Source of the DNA: Nageia nagi
Lineage: Eukaryota; Plantae; Pinophyta
Direction: 5' to 3'
DNA: 64,000 bases
Assembly (NCBI GenBank): GCA_050084985.1
Contig: JBITNC010000001.1
Location: 29,140,001 to 29,204,000, forward strand
Part shown: positions 1 to 13,019 of the stretch, piece by piece
How positions within the stretch are numbered: the stretch's first letter is position 1
Layout of the letters: each line of letters opens with the position of its first letter
Position numbers and translations under genes: made by a program
Notes under the pieces: model-generated
What the model saw: the letters and a program-made list of their open reading frames with translations, nothing else
What the model was told of the DNA's origin: nothing
Database searches by the model: none

Positions 1-1383
1 AGTTATACTATTTTGTCAATGTGATGAACAATGACATGATATAACTATGATAGTAATTATTTGATTGAGCTACTTGAGGTAGTATCTTCAATAATTCATG
101 CTATGTTAAATTTATTTTTAAGGTGTCTTTTAGAGAGGGATGCGACATTGGAGGCTTTTGGGTCCTAGAATGGGGTTGACTTTGGTCTTGAGCAATAAGA
201 TATATCCAACCACAATCATGTTTCTATATTATTCTTAAAAACTAAAATTTTAAACCATCTTCTCTAAGGCTTAGAAGGTCATTTTTAGATATAGTTTCTC
301 AGTTTTGGAAATTTTCCATTAGAAAAAGTGAGATTCTCTCCCTTTATCAAAATTACAAAAATCATCAACAAGAAATATAATATTTTCATCATATGATATT
401 AAAACATATTTCAATTTCGCATAAGTATCTCATAAAACAAAGAATAGAAGCAATCTTATATTACATTAAGGGTTCATAAAGACAAGTTTGGAGGCTCTTG
501 AACCTAAGAATAAGGTTGAAATTGGGCATGTATTGACAAGAGAAGGTTGACCTCAACCCTATTTTGGATTAAATTTAGCTTCAATAAAATTAATGCTTGT
601 TTCACAACTTCACAAGGTCATTTTAGTATTTTTCATGCCAAAATGAGGAATTTCTTAGTTAGAAACAAGTATTTTTTATCATAGAAATTTCTTAACATTT
701 AGAAATAAAATTGGTAGCTATAGAAGGTTTTTACAATGATTTTATCTTGTTCCAATAGTTTGAGAGTGTAATTTCTAGATACCTTTGGGGTACAACCATA
801 CCTTGATTATGTCTTCCTCCTTCATCAAGTTTTGGATATGGAGAGAAACTTCTCATCCATGAATGAAATCCTCCTCGCTCTCAGAGATATCCATAGGATT
901 ACTTCCATAGTTGTGTTTGAAGGAGCTACACAAAGTAAAGGGGTAAATATAAGAGTTTGGATGGGTATCATATTCATTGCTAGTTAGGTGATAGTGGATT
1001 ACTATTGTGAGATTCCTTGTTTCCTCGTTACTAGCACATTCTCGTTGTGGGATTCATTATTGATTGGTTCATAGTAGATTATTGATGCCTGATTTACTAT
1101 AACATGGGAACAATGGATTATTATTATGGGATTCACTATTTTTGAGCTGATAGAGAATTCTCATAGTAGGGTTTGTTGCTACCAAGCTAACAACGAGTGC
1201 TCCTCATTTGGAAATTTAGTTATTTATTTTTAAATATATTTACTAAATTTAATTTTTTTTTTCTAATATTTTTTGAAACACTAATAAATACTTAATTTAT
1301 ATATATTTTCTTCTAGGAAAAATTTTATAGGTTCTACAAACCAATGGATTTGAAAGGATGTTAAAAGACTTCTATCTACATAT

Positions 1384-2070
1384 TGTAGATGCCTAAAAAT
1401 GAATTATTATTTATTAAATAATTCATTTTAGGGACTCAATAATGTATTATGTGAATAGGGGTTAAAAATACTCAAAAGTTGTGTAATTCATTTAATGGAA
1501 CACCATATCATGACTTAGGGGTCAAATCTTATAATAGAAGTGTTGCTATATAAAGACATCAAAGGCAACACAATAGAGAGGGAAGATCCTCAAAGGAGAA
1601 GAATCTATCAATTGAAAATTAGATAGAAGATCATCATCAAGGCTACAAGATATTATAGAAGCCAGGATAAGGCCAAAGATAGATAAGGAGAGAACAAAGA
1701 ATAAGACCTATGAAAAACCTTTGTGAATATCATATCTATAACAAGCGAACATCATTTCTTATCTTTTTTTTTGTTATATGATTACTCTTTCATTTGCTCA
1801 TTACTACATCATTTATTACATTTTCATATTGCTTATTTTAAGCCATGTACCTAATATAGGACACCAACAGCATGCAATTGGGTGAATGTATGCTTATCTT
1901 TCATGTATGTTTATCTTAATGGAATGAATATGTGATCTAATTAAACACAAGTATTTTTTTGTCATTCATTATTGCCATATTTTACATACATGTGTCAATA
2001 AGAAACAAGTACACCAATAGTGCATTAATTAACCCCCATAAATAATTAATTGCATTATTTTAAGTCTATA
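1384..2070 (+). repeat. 5' LTR of element 1
   Basis: Colinear with 9837-10530. Starts with TG; ends TA, probably deaminated CA. TATA-like TATATAAAG near 1547. Confidence 0.92.
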
Positions 2071-2139
2071 TTTTGTTGAACCCGACATTCTTACACACTT
2101 AGGTCTTCCTCTAGAGCAATTTTTCTAAGAAGTCAAGAA

Positions 2140-3170
2140 TATGTTTTCCTTACTATTCATCCCTTTAGAAGAAGCTCTTCGAATAGTAGCTAAAGAAAAT
2201 GATAAAGCTGGGGTTTGTTATGCTTATATCTCAAAAATGTACCTTTATATAGAAAAACCTCAAATATCAAAGTCAAAAGTCCACTTTAGTGAGCTTAGGA
2301 GAAGTGTTTATGCATAATCCTGACTTATCTATACAAGAACCCCTTCCTAATGCTCATAGTGACACTCAATCTTCACATTTGAGCAAGAAAATGAATATTA
2401 TTAGATAAAATCCTTAGATATATGTTACCATTGATCATTCTGAGTTTGAGCACATGCCTACTCCTGAAAATGAAGATGAAATTATAGAGTTGGATAGAAT
2501 CCCTTGTTATGCTAAGTCTATTCAAGAAGTGTTATTTGATAGGCAAAGATTGGAATATTATCTTACAAATAATGCTCCTCTTGTGATTAATATTTTGACT
2601 AACTATGAATTAATCGAAGAGCATTTTGCTACAACATATGAGGATAGCCTATTTTCTTATGAAATTGCAGAAACATCAAAATGGAAGGTGTCTAACCACA
2701 AAGAGGATGATGCTAATGATGTGCTAGATTGTGACCATGATGCTGACGATGTGGAAAAAATGCTACTAGCCTAGATCTTGAGATAAATAAAGAGGGTGCA
2801 CAACCCCTTGATGAAAATCAAGATGAGGATGATGTCACAAGTGATGTTCAAGATGAAGATGGTGATGATTATAGCCACCTCATCCTCAATCCTAATCACT
2901 TCAAAAAATGTATGAATTCTAAAGATAAGAATATTGTACAAGAAGATCTTGAAACTTTTATCAATTAATAGCTTTATATAATAATTAATGAAGCTTACAA
3001 GTTACAACCCAATTGGACATTAGAAGAACATCACATCAAAACTAGTATCATTCTTGACATACAAGATACAACTAGTTGGTACAAAGACCCTCCACAAAAA
3101 TAGTTAGAAGCACTAGCTGAAATACGAGATAGATTAGAGTATGAGAGAATTAATCACATAGGTCCATTCG
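2140..3170 (+). pseudogene. Decayed extra ORF1 upstream of gag (Ogre-like), acidic
   Basis: ORF 2454-2774 plus flanking stop-riddled D/E-rich frames between the 5' LTR and gag. Position matches Ogre ORF1; no domain recognised. Confidence 0.5.
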
Positions 3171-3175
3171 TTGCT

Positions 3176-4330
3176 TTGAAGGAGGCTAAACTTAAAAATA
3201 TGCATGATCCACATCAAACTAGTCCACCTCATTATCCGCATCAAAACCTACCACCATGCCCAAGGATTACCTTAGCCAATGTTAGCAATTTATCATCTCA
3301 AAATACCTTGGTTGATGAAGATGATTTTTTATCTTGTCTCAAGGAGCCTCTAACTCAAAAAATCCTTGCTAAGATCATTCCTAGGAAAAAGAGTGTCAAG
3401 TTTACTAAATTCAATGGTATGCAAAATCCTAAAATGCATGTTAGGAAGTTCCAAGAAGAAGCTATTGAATATATGCATGATACATACTTGTTAGCTAAAT
3501 TTTTCTCCCATAGTTTGAAAGATGATGCACTCAAATGGTGTTTTTAGCTTCCTAAAAAATAGTATTGATAGGTATGAAAATTTGATTCGTTTAGTCCTAC
3601 AAAATTTTAGGTACAATATTGCTAAGAAAGTATATTTTAAGGATTTGTGTAAAATTAAATAATTACTTAATCAACATGTCAAGGTCTTTGTAATAGTATG
3701 AAAACAAATGGCTAATAGAATAACAATGCCTATACAAGATTTGAAATATGCTTTTGCAAATGCTTTCTTACCTATATATAAACTATTCATCATCTCTAAC
3801 CATGATATGTCACTAGGAGACATGATAGATATAGTTATCAAGAAAGATCCATGTATCAAAAAATTGTATGCTATAAGGAATAATGATAACACTCACTATA
3901 AAAAATCAATCTCTAAAAAAACTAATAGGGTTGAAGCAAACAATGTTACTCATAAATGCAGAACTAACTCTAAACCTAGGTGACAGTTTACTCCTTTAAA
4001 TGATACTGTTGATAATATTCTTAATATTTTGTTGGATGAAGAACTTATTGAGTTGCCTCCTATTATTGAGCCCAAGTTCTCTAATGATGTGCCTAAGCAT
4101 TTTCGCTATGAAGAATTTTGTAATTATGATAGGGTACCTAAACATCTAACACACAATTATAGGTATCTCAAGCATATTATATAGGATTTCAGTTACAAAG
4201 GAGCTATAAAGATGGATTCTAAGCCAATTGATCAGCAAGCAGGGCCTATACACCCTAACAATGAACAACTAGGGGTCTTCACCAATCCTCTACCTTCTTT
4301 ACAACCAAGAGGTTGTATCAACATAGTGAA
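3176..4330 (+). pseudogene. gag: Decayed retrotransposon Gag (Retrotrans_gag, Tat/Ogre type)
   Basis: KFTKFNGMQNPKMHVRKF...LAKFFSHSLKDDALKWCF; QFTPLNDTVDNIL near 3984; degenerate knuckle FCNYDRVPKHLTHNYRYLKHII near 4115; GVFTNPLP near 4272. Confidence 0.85.
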
Positions 4331-5209
4331 TGTTTCCAATGAATTATGTCATTATTTTACTAATAATTATGGATACAGGTATGCTCCTTGTAACAAAATT
4401 GGAAATGGAGTTAGAAGGAATGTTACTGGAAAAATCCAACACTATTTGCATGGAGCCAATGGTATGGAAATTGCTCAACCAATGTTACCTCTTTTTGTGT
4501 TTACCTCTGCAAAGTCTATTTGGGTAGAAAAAACTCCCTAGGTACACAAAATAATTGCTTAAATTTCCTCATCTTCATAGATAGTGTATAATAGGTAGGT
4601 AGGGTATCTTTTGTATTTTCATGCATTTTAATTAGTTATCTACATATGCACATTGGATTTTATGTTATGGTTTTGTATGGTCTTGTGTTTTTCTTTTACT
4701 CCCTAACCTACAATAATTTTGAATACACCGATAATGGATTGGAAGACCTGTTTTAGCTTGCTAACGATATGTAATTTTTCAAGGATAGTATTTCCAGCTT
4801 CTAAGAACCTTTTAGAACATAAGGGACTAGTCTCAGATAAGGGTGCATGTTGTTTATTAGAAAAAACTCATACTTCTTCATGTGGATCCCTTTGGTGATC
4901 TGGAACTTGATTCGATTAGGTTAGGTTGTTTGGTTTCATTACTAATCATATTGCATTAGGATTGGTTGTTTCATTATCATGAGTAAATTATGCATATTAG
5001 GATCATTTTCTTATCATAGGTTTTAGATTAAAGTTCATTATTTGGTTCATGCATTAGGTCCAAACTCATGAGTCCATAATATCAAACAAACTAGAGTTAG
5101 AAACTTAGAAAATATTTACAAAAACAACATTCATAGCGAACAATAAATAATATGTAGTCATACAAAGTTTGGTCGTAAAAAATATCAATATATATAATTA
5201 TCAAAAATG

Positions 5210-7030
5210 ATACATAAGGTACAAAATGGGCCTCAACCCTATAATCTTAGGTTGGCACTCCCACCATTGCTAACCATATCTATCCTAAATTTGACCCTAC
5301 AGCTACTACTACTAGCCCCTATAGATGAGGTTAAACCACTCAATGATAAATTATGGCTTTACAAAAGGATCTTTGCTTGACCATATTTCATCTTCAAAGC
5401 AATGATCTCTTTATCTTTAGCCTCGATCTTATCAATCTGACATTGGATAAATGACCATTACTGATCTGATGGAGGCATTATCAAGTGCTCCTACAATCTC
5501 TTCACAAATTACTCCAATATAGCAATCTATGCATCATTGGCCATCAAACTAGCCTGTAATGTACTAAGTTGGACCTCCATGGATCGCAACCTAGTAATAT
5601 CAACCTCCAAGGGTTGTAACCTTGCCACCTCTACCTCCATAAGTTGCAATCTCACAACCTCTACCTCCAAAGAGGCAATCCTCGCATTTGTAGATCCTAT
5701 GACACAAACAAAATTAGATTAGTTAATTTGTAATATTACATAATACATGAAAATTAATTAATAAAATTACAGAGATGCATTTTACCTAGTGCTGGGGTAG
5801 CTATGGTAAGGATATACAAACCACCTACCCCCTCACCCTCCTTACCGAGTATGTCATGGATTAGATTATTGACTTGATATGGGTCATATTCCTTCGATCA
5901 CTCACTAGCAACCACCTCATCATTGCTATCATCCTCACCCATGCCAATATCACTTGGGTGCACTCCTACCCACCATGCAACATAACTAGGGAAAACCTTG
6001 ATAACCATAAACACATGTGCAATTGCATCCATAACTTGAGGCTCCTCCCAAGAAGCCCTTCACATAGGTATCATTTTTGATCCTGTAGGGAAATCCCTCT
6101 CCACTAAGTACTACATATATGCTATGGGCACAATTAGGATATCTTGTTGAAGGCCAAATTATCATAAAATGCATCTAGGGTGATAAGGCTCCATAATCTG
6201 AATAACACACCCATATAAGGTCCTCTAGCTGTAAATGGTCTTATTCCCTCCTCTGGGCCTCCAAAGAATGTGGATACCTATACCCACAACTACATGAGGT
6301 CTAGCACATAAGTTCTATATTGCTCAAATCCTCTCAAGCCCTCTGTAAACCTATGGGTTGCACAATAGCTATGTGCTCATAGGCCCAAACCTGTTACAAG
6401 CTTACATGTGCAATAGTGATGTTGATCTTGTCAACACTCACAAAGTTATATAAATCTTTGTACAACTAGGCTTAACACTAATGGACCCTAAGCAAATTGA
6501 TTTCCATGCTTGGATATTTGCTTTACAACCCATACTAGGCCAAGTGAAAAAGTTAAACTATGCTTTTTGGGCACAAATAGATGGCTATAATGGTTGCAAT
6601 ATACAACTAAAGATGATGCCTTGCTGGTGCAAAATGAAAAACCTCGGTAAGGCAGGTAGCCCTATGCTCCTAGTCATGATCTACCTCACTAGTGAGCCAC
6701 AAAGCCTCTTACTCACAAACATTATTATCTACAAGCTCTTGTTGATGAACCAAATTCCCCCTAATGGAGATATCCTAAATACAGTATACATCAAGTAATG
6801 ACATTGACATTGCACCTGGGGGTAGGTGAAATGTGCAATAATTAGGATCCTAATGCTCTGGTAGCTTTATCAGAAGGGGTAAGTCTTGTTGGATGTGTCC
6901 AACAATAACCAAATCTACCAGCCCACACCTATCTAAGATATCATCAATATGAGGCATTCGAGGCCATATTCGTGCCTTCTCAAGTGCAGTAGTAGCCATA
7001 GGACCCCCTCTCATGAGGACCTTGCACTCC
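5210..7030 (-). pseudogene. Antisense plant mobile domain (PMD, MAIN/MAIL-like) gene with a spliced coiled-coil exon, decayed
   Basis: Minus strand reads PEH*DPNYCTFHLPPGAMSMSLLDVYCI (about 6770-6870) and QVWAYEH (about 6375-6395). GT-AG intron 5785-5697 with TAACTAAT branch motif, followed by LEVEVVRLQLMEVEVARLQPLEVDITRLR. Splice acceptor-like site near 7030. Confidence 0.82.
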
Positions 7031-8524
7031 TATAAGGCAAAAGGTAAAAAAGTGAACTTACATGATAAAAGGACATTTTAGAAATTGAAAATAGTAAAAA
7101 CTAAAATTGCAAAATTAAATGTAACTCATAGTATGGTCATAGGGATGATACTATAGTAACTCTGCAATATGATCACATATGCCAGTAATCGAGTGATGAA
7201 TTGCTCTCCAATAATTATCTGCCATAAGTAGAATGAATCAAAATACCAACAAATAGCTAGCACTCCAATCCATGCAAGAATCAAATAATAAAATGGTAAT
7301 CCAAAACATTAGAGTGCTAATTTAGGAAAGTAAAAAGTTAAAAATGATATTTTATTTTCTAAAAATTGCTTATATAAGTTGAAGTTTTTCCTATAAACTA
7401 GGGCATTGCTCCTTTTTGTTTTGTGGAGTGCCAACTCATTATTTTGTATGCCCAAAATGCTTAAAAATATTTTAAGTATCTAGCGCCTCTTTTTGGATAC
7501 ATAAAACAATAATTTTCACGCTACTAATGATGTCCATTTTCATGAAATATATGTAAAACAAAAGAGGAATTGGCTCCAAATAATGCATAGAAATAATTCA
7601 AATGCCTACCGCTCATCTTGGATTAAAAATATAGTATTTGCATTTTTATAATATTTGTATTAAATATAAGCCACTGATAGAATGAAAATGGAAAATTTAG
7701 GTAAAATTAAAAAGGTGTTCCTTCAATTCCACTTATTTGCAAATTTTCAGAATAATGAATGACTCTTGAATATCTTTTTATGATAGATAATTATGTTATG
7801 ACTATTTGGCCTTATTGCTATGGTAATTTAAATTTTTATCTTTTGAAATAATGTTTGTTAACGAGCACAAGTGTGGGTAAAATTCATATTTTATCATGAA
7901 TTGAAGCGTTATTAATTTTGATAGTTGGTTCCTTCTTTTGTACGTCGCAAATGGCATGGAAAAAGGAAAATCATATAAACTTTCAAATAATTCCTTACAT
8001 TATGTCTATGTAACAATTCCAAGCACTTGTCACAGGGATATTATGAACATTGGAATGAAGGATTCCAAACATGCTCCAATATTGTTACTTGGGGCATGTT
8101 CCCAAAAAAAATATTATTCTAGTAATCTTCAAACTTTTTTTTTTTGTAGCCAGATATTGCAAGAATATAAGTACATGATTTATACAGGATGTCCAAAGTC
8201 CCTCACAAAGAATAGGCTAGTTTATGTCGTCAATGGCCTAATATTTGCTACAAATCTATCAAATTGGTGCATGTCAATATTTCATTATATTTTGATGTTA
8301 TTTTCTAATCTTTGTAAAAATGTCATATTTTTAGGACAATGATCATTTTTGTTGAATATAGGATTAGCAAATTTGGCACAATTCACATTGTCAGCAGTGT
8401 AGGTCTTCTTTGAAAAATTATGCAAGTTATATTTCAAGACTACTAAATAGTTCAAACTAAGGGAATCACTAGTATAGTTCACCAAAACATTATGTCCATA
8501 TTATATTTATTTCATCCTTTTCCC

Positions 8525-9265
8525 AAACCATAATGTCTTTGGATCATAGAGATAAAATGTATGATCGTTGATGGCCAACGACATAGCTAGTGAGAGTTCA
8601 CTCACTTAAAAGTAAACCAACAATGTAGCCGTGAGCAAAATGTTGACATTGGATAATCTCTAATGGAAGATGCAAATTGTTGTGTATCCATATAGTTTTT
8701 GGTTTGAACCAATCCGAAGCATAATATTTTCGAATCATAGACATAAAACATATGATCATCGAGGGCCAATGACATGGCTAATGAGAGTTCACTCACTTAA
8801 AAAGTAAACTGGCAATGTAACCGTGAGCAAGATGTTAACATTGTATCATCTCCAAAGGATGATGCAACTTGTTTTGTATCCACATGATTTTTTCTTTGAA
8901 CCAATCCAAAGCATAGTGTCTTCGGATGATAGACATAAAACTTATAATCATCGATGGCCAACAACATGGCTAGTGAGAGTTCACACAAAAATAAACCGAC
9001 AATACAGCCATGAGCAAGATGTTGACATTGGATCATCTCGAATGGACGATGCAACTTGCTATGTATCCACATGGTTTTTGATTTGAACCAATCCAAAGCA
9101 TAATTTCTTTGAATTATAGACATAAAAGGTATGATCGTCAATGGTTAATGACATGGCTAGTGAGAGTTCACTAACTTAGATAAATCAATGATGTAGCTAT
9201 AAGTAGATTGCTAACAATGATTCATCATCAATGGATGATGCAACTCACTATGCATCCACCATATT
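8525..9265. repeat. About 190-bp tandem repeat, about 4 copies, in the 3' non-coding region of element 1
   Basis: ACAT(A/G)GCTA(G/A)TGAGAGTTCAC recurs at about 8581, 8772, 8964 and 9151 with colinear flanks. Confidence 0.88.
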
Positions 9266-9836
9266 TTTATGATTGATATTTCATTGTAAGTTTTTACATC
9301 CCAAAGAGCAAAATAAAATATACAAAATTCCACACCATTAGCAATGTACACACTGTTCCCTATGTCACCAAAGGTGTCCATTTCATAATTATTTCATCTC
9401 AATCAAAGTGAGTCCTCTTTGTTTCAAGGCATGGAAGTAAGTGCAAATGGATCATGAATATCAAAAAAGACAAAATGACCAGATTCATGGTTGAAGTAGT
9501 AGAAGGGGAAAAAACACATCTTCCATCTCCAAAATTGGACATGGGAGCATACAACTACCTGATAGCATAGTCATTTCTATCACTCACACAACATCATTCA
9601 TGGAGAGAGATTCTTCATCATATTTTTCCTTGGTTGCACCATTCAAGGACCTTTTCTGGGATATTCAAGTCAAAAGAGGGCAACAATATACCCTCATCAT
9701 CATCATCATCATCATCATCAACAATAATAAGGGATAGTACAATAAAGAGTTTAAAGTTCTCAAAAACATTTCTTCCACACTTCTTCTTTAGACATGCAAT
9801 TTCATTGCTTCAATCACACCTCCAAAGAGGGGTAAA

Positions 9837-10530
9837 TGTAAATGCCTAAAAATGAATTATTATTTATTAAATAATTTATTATAGAGCCTCAATAATGTAT
9901 TATGTGAAAAAAAGGTTACAAATACTCAAAAGCTATGTAATTCATCTAATGGACCACCATATTATGACTTAGGGATCAAATCTTATAATAGAAGTGTTAC
10001 TATATAAAGACATCAAAGGAAACATAATAGGGAGGGAAGATCCTTGGAGGAAGAGACTTTATCAATTGAAAATTAGATAGATGATCATCATCAAGGTTAC
10101 AGGATATTACAGAAGCCACAATAAGGTTGAAGATAGACAAGGAGAGAACAAAGAAAAAGACCTAAGGAAAACCTTTACGAATATTATATATGTAACAAGT
10201 GAACATCATTTTTTATCTTTTATTTGTTATATGATTACTCTTTTGTTCTCTCATTACTACATCCTTTATTACATCTGTTATATTGCTTATTTTAAGCTAC
10301 TATTGGAGTACCTAATATAAGACACCAACGGTATGCAATTGGATGAATGTATGCTTGTGTTTTGTGTATGTTTCTCTTAATGGAATGAATATGCGATCTA
10401 ATTAAATACAAATCTTTTTCTATTATTCATTATTACCATATTTTACATACATTGTCAATAAGAAACAAGTAGACCAATAGTGCATTAATTAACCCCCATT
10501 AACAATTAATCACATTATTTTAGGTCTACA
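9837..10530 (+). repeat. 3' LTR of element 1
   Basis: TG...CA termini, preceded by the PPT and followed by TSD CATAT. Confidence 0.92.
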
Positions 10531-11160
10531 CATATCATAAGAACAACTTTGAAGGCTCTCATAATATACCCATATTCCCTTATTTATCATTATTATCTAT
10601 CTAATTTTTTATTGTATTTTAAAAATAGGATGAAAAAGATAAAATCAAAAAGCCCCTTAGAAACCCTCTCTTGAGATTTCGAATCCTACAACTCTTTAAA
10701 AGTTAAAAATCACAAAAGGTAAAATTTAGGTATATCAAGTTTTTTTCCTTCCAAAAGTTATCTAATATTAGTTGAAAAATGTCATTTCTTAGTATGTCAT
10801 GATGGATTTGATCAATATCAATACTTTTCAATTTACTTCAAGAATTTCAAGATTTTCACCCTTTTTGTTCTTTAGGGCATTAGAAGATCCATCATGGTAA
10901 TCCCATGATGAAAGCATATCACTAATTATATTCTGATTATTCATGCTTTTTTTTGGTAAGGGTAAATTTAAAAGGGTTTTTTTTATACATGTACCCTACT
11001 TATCATTATAGATTTGAAATAGTTTTGACAACATCCTACCATTATTTATTTTGTATAGTTTTAGAATGTTTTTCTTGAATGCAATTTGGTTATTGAAGAA
11101 AAAGTTGGACACTAGTTTTATATAAATTTTAATATAATAACCACCATTCTTGAGTGAATA

Positions 11161-12440
11161 TTATATAGAAACCCTAGAGTGTAAATCAACAATCTTTATT
11201 AAAATTCCTAAGCGAAAAACTCTTCTAAAACCAACAAGTGTTGATTGTTTTCCATATATAATTTCTTTAGCAGTTTCTTTTTCTCTGATCTCTTCATAAT
11301 TTGGATGAACCACATGTATTTTACTTACATATATCCTCTTTGATGATCTCCATGTTATCCTACAATCACTTTTGAGAATTTGGATTTCTTTGAAATTTGA
11401 TTTGCTTTCCAAAGGCATGCTATGTCATCTCTTTTGGAATTTACCTATTTCGATGCATCATTTGTGGGAAATTATTGTGTTTACATCTTTGGGTCACCTT
11501 CCCTCTTAATTCTCATATAATTCAATTTGTTCTTTTGAAGTCAATTCATTTGAATACTTGAATCTTTCTTAGCTCCAGTTACAAATGAGTGGCATGTTCA
11601 TCATTATTGGAGCTTTCTACATTTGTAGAAACTGAGGCAAGGGCCTTTTCTTCTTTTCCTCTGGTGGCCATATAACCATTGATGACATATTGCTTATCCA
11701 ATTTAGCCTCCTCTAATTGTTTGTTTTCCTCATTTAATTTTTTTTCACCATGTCTTAACTTTGATCAACATTTTTATTGAGAAAGGAATGAACTAGTGTT
11801 ATGTCGTACCTGGTTGCATATTGAGCATAAGCAATTATTTTTCTCAAATCGTATTTCTTGAATTCACTCTCCTAAGTTTCATTTGAGTGTTCCAATCTTT
11901 GAAATCTTGACCCCAAATTATACAATAACACAAAATCTTTCTTTTATAAGTATTTTTTGAGATTTTGTGACTTCATCAACTGTAATGAATTTGTTGAAGG
12001 AACTTGCAATTCCTTCAAATACTCTTTGGTTCCATAACTCAAAGGGAAGGTGTGGGATGGTAACCCAAATTCGTGCACTCATAATTTTGACCTTGGAAGG
12101 ATTGAACCATGGCTTCCATTTCTTTAGGAATAGCCCCCTCTTTCCAAAGAACCATAGTAAGCTCAAGATGTGATCTCGATCTTTTTCACTATCAAAGACA
12201 AACATACTATAGTCATTGGGCATTGCGATTACCTCTATATTTCCTTTGATATGTCATTTTAACATTTCCCTTTTTCAAATTGAGTCAATATTACATGAGC
12301 ACCATGGAGTTTTGATTAATGAAGGAGTTTTGGGATTTAAAGAAATTTTTCCCCTTGACTATCTACCTCCAAAGGGGGTCGAGTACTGATGGTAACCTCT
12401 TGTAAGAAGAGGCTACACCAAAATCTCTTGGGCACCTCCA
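11161..12440 (-). mobile_element. L1 LINE ORF1 remnant (DUF4283-type)
   Basis: ORF 11918-12223 has FVFDSEKDRDHIL..W.FGKRGLFLKKWKPWFNP...IWVTIPHLPFELW, typical of plant L1 ORF1. Boundaries approximate. Confidence 0.75.
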
Positions 12441-13019
12441 TAGCACATAGTTGAACCCTATGGAAAATTGATCAAATCCAACCCACAAAATCTCTCTCAA
12501 AACATTTGATCACCATAGTTCAAGATGGAGTGAGCTTTATGTAGTCTTTGCATACCACACCATATTGATCAAATTCAACCCATAAAACCTTGATTATTCA
12601 TGCTTATTTATAAGTTAGCTAAATAATTTTAAATTTTGATCATCACTACATACATGTCTGGGCATGGTCACTTCCTATTTTGATCTTTTGGGTAATAAAA
12701 TATTCTTTATGCATTCATACTATGGTAATATCAATGAAATTTCTCTCCTTATAGCTCATCATTTTGATTTTTGCTTACTATAGTATTTATAATTAATAAA
12801 AAACATATACTTTGAATGTTTATACATAATTTGGATTTTTTTTGTTATAGCTTTCTGGATGTAATATTAGGATTATACACTTTGATTAGATATTTGCTAT
12901 GGTAGAGAGCACAAAAATCGTTTATCACTCCTCATACGGGTTTTAAACCATTGCAATACAATCTTATTAGTATATTGAATTCAAATAATTAGTCATGACT
13001 CTTTAGGATAGGTTTTTAT

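Larger units (their letters stand above)
1384..10530 (+). mobile_element. Non-autonomous Ty3/Gypsy (Tat/Ogre-like) LTR retrotransposon: ORF1-gag, no pol, antisense PMD gene (element 1)
   Basis: Direct repeats 1384-2070 and 9837-10530 (TGTAGATGCCTAAAAATG / TGTAAATGCCTAAAAATG ... GTCTATA / GTCTACA). 5-bp TSD CATAT at 1379-1383 and 10531-10535. PPT AAAGAGGGGTAAA at 9824-9836. Decayed gag motifs inside; no RT/RNaseH/integrase motifs seen. Confidence 0.92.

Noticed and set aside
2071-2090. PBS of element 1
   Set aside because: TTTTGTTGAACCCGAC is in the right place but cannot be matched confidently to a tRNA 3' end.
4330-4541. G-patch-like segment after gag (YGYRYAPCNKIGNG)
   Set aside because: Similarity is too weak to call by eye and no counterpart is evident in element 2.
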